Shown here piece by piece: positions 8,601-15,446 of a stretch of DNA of 26,323 nucleotides. Position numbers and translations under genes: made by a program. The notes under the pieces are model-generated. The model was given only the letters and a program-made list of their open reading frames with translations, made no database searches and had not been told where the DNA came from. Each line of letters opens with the position of its first letter. Position 1 is the first letter of the stretch. Location of the stretch: the NCBI GenBank assembly GCA_051747805.1, contig JBNJGP010000038.1:1-26323 (forward strand), read 5' to 3'. Source of the DNA: Candidatus Muiribacteriota bacterium (GTDB lineage Bacteria > Muiribacteriota > Muiribacteriia > Muiribacteriales > Muiribacteriaceae).

Positions 8601-11200
8601 GGATTATAAATACCAAGTCTTCTCATAGACCATACATAATATCTGGAATCAACTAAAGGATTACCTCTTTCGTTTTCAGAATAATTCATATGTCTTCCTA
8701 AAACAACATGAGAAGGAAAACCACCGCCAGTAACAGCCCAGTCGAGATTGGCATATCTGTGAGATGGTGATTGAGCACCATCTGGATAGTTACCATCACC
8801 GTCAATGTCTTTGTTGATTTCTTCTACAACATTATATCTGAAATAATATTCATTTGGCTCAAAAATATATGGATTGTATTGATTAATTATACCAGCAGGT
8901 GCTGATCTTTTTCCGTCTGGGGCAGAAATTTCCCCAAGGAATTTATGACCCCATTCAACACCATCATAATTCTCAAAAACAACATTATTGGCTGGTGCAA
9001 CTTCGCTGGATATAAGTCTATTTTCATCAATATCCATAAATAGTTCACCGGTAATTCCCAGCATCTGAAGCTTAGGTGAATCTGTCTGAGTCATTTCTAT
9101 ATCAACAAGAGGTGTACCAACAACTCTTGGAGGCATTGCATAACTGTTTGTTGCAAGGTCAGCATCAGCAGCAGCCTCATAAATAGGTCGATAATCAGAC
9201 CATCCAATACCCCTGCAACCACATGATCCCGGAGGAATTGGTGAGCCAAGTCTGTAATAATAACTGTAACCAACATTAGGGAAAGTAAAAAGTTCTGTCT
9301 GATTATTATTACTGTCTAAACTGTAAAGAGTAAAGTTAGTTTCTCTTCTATAAAATTTGGTCATCTGGCCATGTCTTATAGTACTCTGGTTTTGACCAGT
9401 AACCTGACCGTCAGTACGCCAGTTTTCATAATCTTCAAAAGTTCTTCTAATAGTATATTTATTACCATAACCGTCTGCTGCAAAGTATTGTATATCTTCA
9501 TATGGCACTTCGGTTACACAAACAGAGGCAATATTATAAAAAGCTGTTAACCCGAAGTTTGTAGGATCATTGAGTACAGGGTCTGGAACTTCAACTGTGT
9601 AATATTCCCAAGTCCACCATATGGGCCAGATTCTCCATTTACGCCTTCTTCTAGTTTCGGTAATGGTAGGAGTTGAACCAACATCAGTTATTATTAATAA
9701 TTTTCCATCGCGGGTAATTCTATAATCCTCAGCCTCATCAGTAGTAAAGCGCATTTTTTCTTCCTGTGCGTCCCATTTATGCTCATGAGTCTGTCCGTTT
9801 GAACGCTCAAGAATAATTATTTCTTCACCATCAGTTATTTCAACACCCATATTTACTGTCATAGTAGCTCTTCTGCCCATAGCGGTATATGTATCTGGAG
9901 TATCACCAAGAGCAAAATTTGCAGATGTGTTAGCCGCGACGTCTGAGTAGGCAAAGTAATCCTCGCCAACAGCAAAATGCTGCAGGGTTGAACCGTAAAC
10001 ATCTTTGGTTGATAGGTTTACATAACCACCGTCTTCAGCTTCATTATTAAAAATATCGTACATATCTGTTGTTTTGTAAACAGTATTATCATATAATTCA
10101 AATCTTTCACTATCTTCAATATTTTCCTGTGGACCCCAGGTTTCAGCAATAGATAGACCATCGGCCATACCGTAATGAAGCCATTCTTCTTCGCGGTTTT
10201 TAGTTGAAACAGTCATATGCTCGGGACTGAAACCAAGTGATTTTTCTTCAAGCTCACCGGAATCTATATGATAAATGTATTGAGTAGTGCTTGGAGTATC
10301 AGAAGTTAAATAAACTCTGGTTCCCTGTGGGTTTACATCGAGATTTACATGAGGATGTAATTGGTCACCCACCGGATTATATGCGTTTGGACCGGTTTTT
10401 TGAAATTCCTCTTCACCAGCGACAATTTCAAAGAGTTTTTGACTACCATTTTTATAAACTTCAAGAATAAGTTCTCTTGCAAATTTATTATCCCCTAAAT
10501 TACGCATTCTTCCTTTTTTTCTTAAAACATTATAAATATTATCGTTACCATCAACACCAATTTTTGGAAAAGCTCTTGGTATTTTTACCCCTTTCATTTC
10601 AATAACTTGAAGGTACATAGGAAGAGGTTTTGAGTTGTAGTTCCACCATAAAAATTTTTTAGTTGTGGCTTTACCATGGTTTTTTATAACAAGTTCCTTA
10701 CCTCTAAGCTCTAAAATAATTTCCTGACCACCTCTACTGTTTTGATTGCTGAATGTGTGAGTTTGAATACCCTCTTTTGAAGGCTTTATTCTTTCAACAG
10801 TATCATAATAAACCCATTTAGAGCCTTTACCTTTACTCTTTTTTTCACGTCTTCTATATCTGAAGTAAATATTTAATTCCCGTGCATCATACGGGAAATA
10901 AGGCAGTTCATAAATAGCTGAACCCCCGTCGTCAATGGTGGCAACGTCATTAAAGTTACAGCCTAAACCGCCTTCAGGATTTGTAACCCTTACAGAATTG
11001 TAAACCCCTGTTGGGAACTGATCTTCAATATCATACAAATGTGAAAAATCAAGAATAGTATTTCCAGTCTGATCATAAACAACAGAATTCATAAATAAAA
11101 ATGCTGTATTCTCGTTCTCAATATAATCTGCTATAGCATGGGGCAAAATCGTTAAAAAAAATAAGGTTACAAGGATTATAAAATACTTTTTACTCCACAT
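5663..11200 (-). CDS. Giant secreted/surface protein of unknown function (probable beta-propeller plus Ig-like domains, Ca-binding motifs)
   Basis: 1845-aa uninterrupted ORF with a Sec-type signal ending AIA and a G-rich SD. Blade-like motifs IGVDGNDNIY, LDVNPQGTRVY, FAADGYGNKY. DxDGDG/DxDGNG motifs. Ig-repeat-like boundaries VKDTTLP and VEDNDPP. The CDS is certain; the domain calls are inference. Confidence 0.85.
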   Translation of the reverse strand: MWSKKYFIILVTLFFLTILPHAIADYIENENTAFLFMNSVVYDQTGNTILDFSHLYDIEDQFPTGVYNSVRVTNPEGGLGCNFNDVATIDDGGSAIYELPYFPYDARELNIYFRYRRREKKSKGKGSKWVYYDTVERIKPSKEGIQTHTFSNQNSRGGQEIILELRGKELVIKNHGKATTKKFLWWNYNSKPLPMYLQVIEMKGVKIPRAFPKIGVDGNDNIYNVLRKKGRMRNLGDNKFARELILEVYKNGSQKLFEIVAGEEEFQKTGPNAYNPVGDQLHPHVNLDVNPQGTRVYLTSDTPSTTQYIYHIDSGELEEKSLGFSPEHMTVSTKNREEEWLHYGMADGLSIAETWGPQENIEDSERFELYDNTVYKTTDMYDIFNNEAEDGGYVNLSTKDVYGSTLQHFAVGEDYFAYSDVAANTSANFALGDTPDTYTAMGRRATMTVNMGVEITDGEEIIILERSNGQTHEHKWDAQEEKMRFTTDEAEDYRITRDGKLLIITDVGSTPTITETRRRRKWRIWPIWWTWEYYTVEVPDPVLNDPTNFGLTAFYNIASVCVTEVPYEDIQYFAADGYGNKYTIRRTFEDYENWRTDGQVTGQNQSTIRHGQMTKFYRRETNFTLYSLDSNNNQTELFTFPNVGYSYYYRLGSPIPPGSCGCRGIGWSDYRPIYEAAADADLATNSYAMPPRVVGTPLVDIEMTQTDSPKLQMLGITGELFMDIDENRLISSEVAPANNVVFENYDGVEWGHKFLGEISAPDGKRSAPAGIINQYNPYIFEPNEYYFRYNVVEEINKDIDGDGNYPDGAQSPSHRYANLDWAVTGGGFPSHVVLGRHMNYSENERGNPLVDSRYYVWSMRRLGIYNPNQPEGEELVNAETPWTIINHGARDYTDNQYAKQIMQQTGMDFVPDESMLNQAKTSEGFRFQPEGYRFDDGGVYEIMLASGYRYIDWEAMRDQAQGGNLRFWWDEPDYIAEAPPMKPDITRVIVRAFEPEDRPNLLEVVIDGETTDAPDYDEDKMMSNWQYFDHDGNGIPDSAVVEINEDFEHKWTAKIIQKDRFGNIVSDNDDILFVPNREGQQEIRDQIMEDDPYTAHTEENLDLADKFSGIAFESSGGTAMHYEWEVETIVDDQVFSHNYYNNSKRGNMAIDNPALDGHNINGSHYQPEYSRVQEEGYEDFIYGEDGSRRPSYFETYFDKPIVPNHYRITYTLYYTRIDYFDEEGNFAYPLTDEHGQVIGYDCKESIEKSEFYVDVYVKDTTLPQVRVETPILDGGTTGDPFPREIRAYITDNNPFDGLSELEYNDLKGTSNNTDFAMIPPGTRAHLLYPRRLDPERTPADVFEFEEIFEEGIQVPSNNQAWKWERPNLNDDPENAYLKVTDVLTAYEAPGIQTASYEVVLTIDEEDLKLLMPFDAVTNDNYGSFKYLVVAEDGSRNYYENHRDSIPVRTNGGYSTTTFQYQGDSNAQRQFSNVVHFEEEDDYIERQTYGVPKTMREPGMLSADIESFISQLELNTIYPRQNAGTLFEDDEGEFEVYKQAGGPPTAGYYGMDEGEIIVEDNDPPEVYLRITNPKRNITIGYYLYNEKHVDGVSGDDDRMRYPFRDETEYDENIPGLLALSDESDRGNLFVAVGGGDAEVYQDPEIVELPHGYPEIPEHMVSNIRPWFGEGFASGGGLTGGISDSADFYSMLYDFEDEHDINTLFIEEDMRIRIELAAVDNVNNPAKSDHEESLNLTLAGEYNDDMVNYLNNNVNSAMYITNAEDDTGNTPRINWHTVSDRTESGRISDYFIFRESTREDAPDEHLYVRIKDNSDNEVAFRIPVRILNVRVLERKIHEMRQQHNLGD

Positions 11201-11221
11201 AATAACCCCCCTTTTTCGTAA

Positions 11222-12307
11222 TTAATATAGTTCTATTTTATCACTTAAAATCAAATCAATAATTTCAAGCGTTACCTCTTTTTCAAAATCTCTCACATTA
11301 TATTTTTCAAAAAGTTTCAAAATAACTTCTCTTGTAATATCTTCCCTCATATCAAGTTTTGGACCGTAAATAGCAAATTCATCAATAACCGGAATATAAA
11401 AAATTCTTGCAATACTTTCAATATAATTAAATCTATGTTCATAAAAGGAGAAAATATCCTCTTCTTCGTTGCTATCAAGCAAATTATGAAGAGGTTTTTC
11501 GGGAGCATCAACAGTATCATCAAGATAACCAGGAGTTGGGGAAAAACCATATTCAAGTGGCACGTCAGTTTCACCGCGGAAAGCTTCCGCCAGAGAATCT
11601 TCACCTACAATTTTACCAATTGGAGAATAAAGTGAAGTATTGATAACAAGATCAAAGTTATGTTGTTTTATCACTTCATCAACAGCTTGCTGAATAGAAT
11701 CAATAATTGATTGTGCCTTTACCATTGAAGCATCAAAACCTAAGAATAGTTCACTTTGATCCATTAACTGAGATGCCTGTTTCTGACGCCTAATCATAGG
11801 GTCGCTTTCAGAAGCTTTTTCGTGAAGAGCATCAATATCATCTCTTAAAGATACTATTTTATCCTCATATTCATTTTCCACTTCCTGTATTTTAGAGTCT
11901 CTTTCATTTTCAAGCTTGGCAACTTCGCCAAAATCAGCATTTTTCATTTTATCACGATATCTTGCGTTTATTTCAAACCTTTCCATGTTAAGCTCTGCAT
12001 TAACTTCGGTAAGCTCTTCATTTTTTTCATTAATTTGTTTGTTTATTTTTTCAAACTCTCTTTCAAGTTCCTGATATTCAGATTCAGTTTCTTCTATACG
12101 TGCAATTCTTTGTTGAACACGTTCAATTTCTTCGCCCTCAAATTCAAAATCAGGAGAGGCAAATCTTTCATACTGAGGTAAATAATCCCTCATTTCGGGA
12201 TGAAACATTAAAACAAAGGCTAAATTCAAGCGGCCTACAACCAGCCTTTCGGCAGGAATAATAACCGATATAAATATAAGTACAACAAGTAAAATCCTGA
12301 GTTTCAT
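11222..12307 (-). CDS. Skp/OmpH-like periplasmic chaperone, enlarged
   Basis: Start placed at MKLRILL (AGGAGG SD 6 nt upstream). Signal peptide, VGRLNLAFVLMFHP beta/helix start, long coiled coil, IQQAVDEVIKQHNFDLVIN and DITREVILKL motifs resembling the Skp C-terminal core. Confidence 0.65.
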   Translation of the reverse strand: MKLRILLVVLIFISVIIPAERLVVGRLNLAFVLMFHPEMRDYLPQYERFASPDFEFEGEEIERVQQRIARIEETESEYQELEREFEKINKQINEKNEELTEVNAELNMERFEINARYRDKMKNADFGEVAKLENERDSKIQEVENEYEDKIVSLRDDIDALHEKASESDPMIRRQKQASQLMDQSELFLGFDASMVKAQSIIDSIQQAVDEVIKQHNFDLVINTSLYSPIGKIVGEDSLAEAFRGETDVPLEYGFSPTPGYLDDTVDAPEKPLHNLLDSNEEEDIFSFYEHRFNYIESIARIFYIPVIDEFAIYGPKLDMREDITREVILKLFEKYNVRDFEKEVTLEIIDLILSDKIELY

Positions 12308-12367
12308 AAGAAACCTCCTGTTCATTCATTATTATTACTGTTATAATATTAAAAAGTTACAACTTTT

Positions 12368-13285
12368 TTATTTTTTATTAGAATATCTTCCTATTTTCAA
12401 GATTTGACCTATATTTGCTTTTTTATCTATAAACGGTTCAATAATACCTGAGCCATCATCAGACAAAATAGTTGCAATACCCGGACCATGACCAGATACT
12501 TTACAGTCACTGTGAATAACAACACCAATAGTAACAGCGCCTTTTCTGAAACATTTACCAAAACGATTATCATGATTGGCAATAGCCACGATATCACCAA
12601 ATTTCATATCCAGTAGATTATGTTTTTTTAAATATTTTTCATCCATGGTCATCATGTCATAATCGCCAGAACCTGTTGATAGACTACCAACTCCGCTGCC
12701 CATAAGTTCGCCCGGTACTATGGCAGAAACACCCATTTGAATTTTTCTTTTAGTTTTAAGCTTTTTTTCTCTGATATTTAATTTTTTTAATAATTCAGGA
12801 TCAATATTAAAAATTTTCACTTTTGGATAATCAATAAATTTTAACCCCTGACCAAAACCTTTTACAAGAATTTCATCTTTAAGAGTCATTTTTTGAAGCA
12901 CTTTATCAGGGAAATCTATAATAACATGCTCAATACCACCATGATGACCTGTTACCACTCCAGTTTTCCCTTTGATTGAAGAATCTGAGGAGCTTATAAT
13001 AACAGCCTCGTTTCCAATACAGGAATAAAAGTTATAACCAGTATTTTTAGCCCCGTTTCTTTCTTTTTCGTCGGCAGCTGATGAAACGGCCGGCTCAATG
13101 TGGTCGCCTTCCCAACCGTAAACAGAGTCACCAACTTTTACATTATAAACAATACCACCGGTTCCTGGAAGAGAAAACGGTTCGCCATTATGGTCAACAA
13201 CATGGCCTGCTGAGCGTTTCATTGGATTTGCAACTTTGCCCTGGACTGACATTTGAATTAATTTTTTCTCATTTGTTTTTAACAT
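12368..13285 (-). CDS. DUF4438 family protein (Thermotoga TM1086-like)
   Basis: LKTNEKKLIQMSVQG start, LPGTGGIVYNVKVGD, GDHIEP, GHHGGIEH, GDYD and HSDC..SGHGPG motifs. Start at ATG 13285 after AAGGGGTG SD. Confidence 0.85.
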   Translation of the reverse strand: MLKTNEKKLIQMSVQGKVANPMKRSAGHVVDHNGEPFSLPGTGGIVYNVKVGDSVYGWEGDHIEPAVSSAADEKERNGAKNTGYNFYSCIGNEAVIISSSDSSIKGKTGVVTGHHGGIEHVIIDFPDKVLQKMTLKDEILVKGFGQGLKFIDYPKVKIFNIDPELLKKLNIREKKLKTKRKIQMGVSAIVPGELMGSGVGSLSTGSGDYDMMTMDEKYLKKHNLLDMKFGDIVAIANHDNRFGKCFRKGAVTIGVVIHSDCKVSGHGPGIATILSDDGSGIIEPFIDKKANIGQILKIGRYSNKK

Positions 13286-13432
13286 AAAATACACCCCTTT
13301 TAAAAAAATTGAATTTATAAATCTGAGTCTGGTAAATTTTTATAAATGAAAACCCTCATTTATTAAAGTATAAAAGCTTTAAAAACGGGATTTTCTTTTT
13401 TTCAAACTCAATTTTTAAATATAATTAAAAAG

Positions 13433-13461
13433 ATTATAACAGAAAAGTGTTTAGATGTGAA
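13433..13461 (-). promoter_or_regulatory. Putative sigma70 promoter for the DUF4438 gene
   Basis: TTCACA-N17-TATAAT with TG extension (TGT-TATAAT). Confidence 0.6.
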
Positions 13462-13475
13462 ATTATAAATATTTC

Positions 13476-13504
13476 TTGTAAAATAGTTAAAAAAAGGGTA
13501 ATAT
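13476..13504 (+). promoter_or_regulatory. Putative sigma70 promoter for the 129-aa gene (divergent)
   Basis: TTGTAA-N17-TAATAT about 30 nt upstream of the ATG. The AT-rich context lowers specificity. Confidence 0.45.
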
Positions 13505-13534
13505 ATTCTAAAATATATATAAAAGGAAATTAAA

Positions 13535-13924
13535 ATGGTAAATTTTTTCATAATTTTTTTTATAATCTGGTTATTAGCTGGTATTTTTCAGGATAAAATC
13601 AAAAACGCCTTTAACATTAAAACCCGGAGTTATAAAGATATTTTTGCTTCAAGTACTGATGAAGATGAAGATATTGAAACCGAAACAACCGGTGTAGATG
13701 AAGACGGTAATGTTATTGTTGAACTAAAAAAAAATAAAAAAAATAAACCAAATTATAATTTGTGGATTATATGGGGGATAATTTTAGCTGTTTTATTTTT
13801 ACCTGTTTTTTTAAGGTTGGCTTTATTTTTCCTTAGACTTGCAATATCTTTTCTTCCCTTTATAATTTTATTTTTTGTTTTCAGAGAACCAATCACGAAG
13901 TTTGTGAAAGAATTATTTAAATAA
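13535..13924 (+). CDS. Hypothetical small membrane protein
   Basis: 129 aa with AAGGA SD. N-terminal TM, acidic loop, basic patch and C-terminal hydrophobic segment(s). Fills an otherwise empty gap. Confidence 0.75.
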   Translation: MVNFFIIFFIIWLLAGIFQDKIKNAFNIKTRSYKDIFASSTDEDEDIETETTGVDEDGNVIVELKKNKKNKPNYNLWIIWGIILAVLFLPVFLRLALFFLRLAISFLPFIILFFVFREPITKFVKELFK

Positions 13925-13929
13925 TTCTT
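13908..13929. repeat. Perfect 22-bp palindrome spanning the overlapping 3' ends of two convergent genes
   Basis: AAGAATTATTTAAATAATTCTT equals its own reverse complement. Confidence 0.9.
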
Positions 13930-15436
13930 CTATAATTAAATCAGGTTCTTTTTCATATTCTTCTTTTATAAAATCGGGGTTATTCTCATATAAATTGTGA
14001 AAATATGGTATAAACTTGTTTATTTTATGCTGCTCAGCACTTTGCAAGGCACGGTTAATTAAGTCTGTTTCATGAATTTCATCAAAAACAATAAGGGCTG
14101 CAAACTCTGCAAGTCCTGAAGCAAGTGTATAATCAGGAGTTTTAATATACTGCTGGTACATTTTTGAAAGATTTCTTAAAAAACTCAGATGTATGTATTT
14201 TTTTCCATCCAGTCCAGCATATTCACCGTCAGAATTATGTACTTCATCTAAAATTTCGGGGGATAAAACGTTCATTATTGGATAGACGTCTCTTGAAATT
14301 TCAGGGTTAGAGGCGGCATATAAATATTTCTCGTTATAGAAGTTCCCATAGAGATTGTTTAATTTTTTAATATAATCATAAATTAACTCATGACTTAAAT
14401 ATTTTTCAATATTAGAAAAATACACAATATTTATGCTGGCATAATTTTTTAAAAAAGGTTTTTTATCGTCAAATAAAAATAAAATATTATTACTTATACT
14501 ATGTTTGTTTTGATAAACAGACCCTGGTTCAATAATATTATAATCAGAATCATCGGGTATAACAAAAAAATTTTCACTGTCAAATTCTACAAAAGGCTTG
14601 AAAGTAATATTATCATTAACCGTTTTTAAATGTCTGGGATTAACAAATGGTAAAACAATTTTAGTTACCAGTGGATTTTGCGATACGACAGGATATTTTC
14701 CTGGAATTTCAATTTCAATAATATCGCCGGGTTCCACATTTCTATCAAAAATAATTTTATGTGAGTTATGCATAACTTCAACTATTTCTTTTACTTGCGC
14801 ATCTGAATTCGGGGTTTTAACTTTAATAAAAGCGGGTTCTATAAAAGTTTGAAGAAATATTTTATCCGAGGAACTCAGGATTTCGATTTCCTTAAAAAAT
14901 TTTCCCATATCAAAAAGATGAAATTCTACATTATTCTCATTATTTTCCACATCTTGTTTATCTATACCACCTTCAATAGAAATTTTATTTACTTTATAAT
15001 TCACAGGTAAAACACTGAAAGGACTTTTATCAGAAGAGTTTTGCTTAATATTATCAGAATATTGGGGTGAGGGATTATAAAGAAATATTTTATTCTGACT
15101 TTTTTCAGGGTTGATTTTAGCATGAACTGCGGAAACTACCTTAAGATTTTTTGAAAAAAGAAATCCAAAGAAGGTGTCTTCTGCTTGATTTGAAGATGTT
15201 GGCTCAAAAATAAAATTATCTTTATAAAATTGGGAAAAAATATTATAAAAATCTGAATTTTCATCAAGATACTTATAAACAAAAGAAAAATTCCCGTTTA
15301 AAAAATTTTTTGAAAACTCCTCATTAAGGTTTTCTATATGTTTTGTAGGCGGAGTAAAAAAGTACTTATTAACAAAAGAAATAATAAGTAGTAAAACAAC
15401 AATGATTACAAAATAATAAAGTATTCTTGATTTCAT
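13913..15436 (-). CDS. Membrane-anchored hypothetical protein, possible degenerate gluzincin-like C-terminus
   Basis: 507 aa with AAGGAG SD and a single N-terminal TM. C-terminal TLASGLAEFAAL resembles WLxEGLAEY, but there is no HExxH. Confidence 0.75.
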   Translation of the reverse strand: MKSRILYYFVIIVVLLLIISFVNKYFFTPPTKHIENLNEEFSKNFLNGNFSFVYKYLDENSDFYNIFSQFYKDNFIFEPTSSNQAEDTFFGFLFSKNLKVVSAVHAKINPEKSQNKIFLYNPSPQYSDNIKQNSSDKSPFSVLPVNYKVNKISIEGGIDKQDVENNENNVEFHLFDMGKFFKEIEILSSSDKIFLQTFIEPAFIKVKTPNSDAQVKEIVEVMHNSHKIIFDRNVEPGDIIEIEIPGKYPVVSQNPLVTKIVLPFVNPRHLKTVNDNITFKPFVEFDSENFFVIPDDSDYNIIEPGSVYQNKHSISNNILFLFDDKKPFLKNYASINIVYFSNIEKYLSHELIYDYIKKLNNLYGNFYNEKYLYAASNPEISRDVYPIMNVLSPEILDEVHNSDGEYAGLDGKKYIHLSFLRNLSKMYQQYIKTPDYTLASGLAEFAALIVFDEIHETDLINRALQSAEQHKINKFIPYFHNLYENNPDFIKEEYEKEPDLIIEELFK

Positions 15437-15446
15437 AAAATCTCCT

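Noticed and set aside
12351..12368. Inverted repeat AAAAAGTT-AC-AACTTTTT between DUF4438 and the Skp-like gene
   Set aside because: Short and AT-rich with a 2-nt loop. It could be an operator but cannot be distinguished from chance.
13295..13426. Known riboswitch, T-box or 6S RNA
   Set aside because: No diagnostic conserved motifs were recognised, and the fold is too short and AT-rich for a confident call.
13908..13929. dif/Xer site interpretation of the palindrome
   Set aside because: It lacks the two-arm plus 6-bp spacer layout and a convincing XerD arm.
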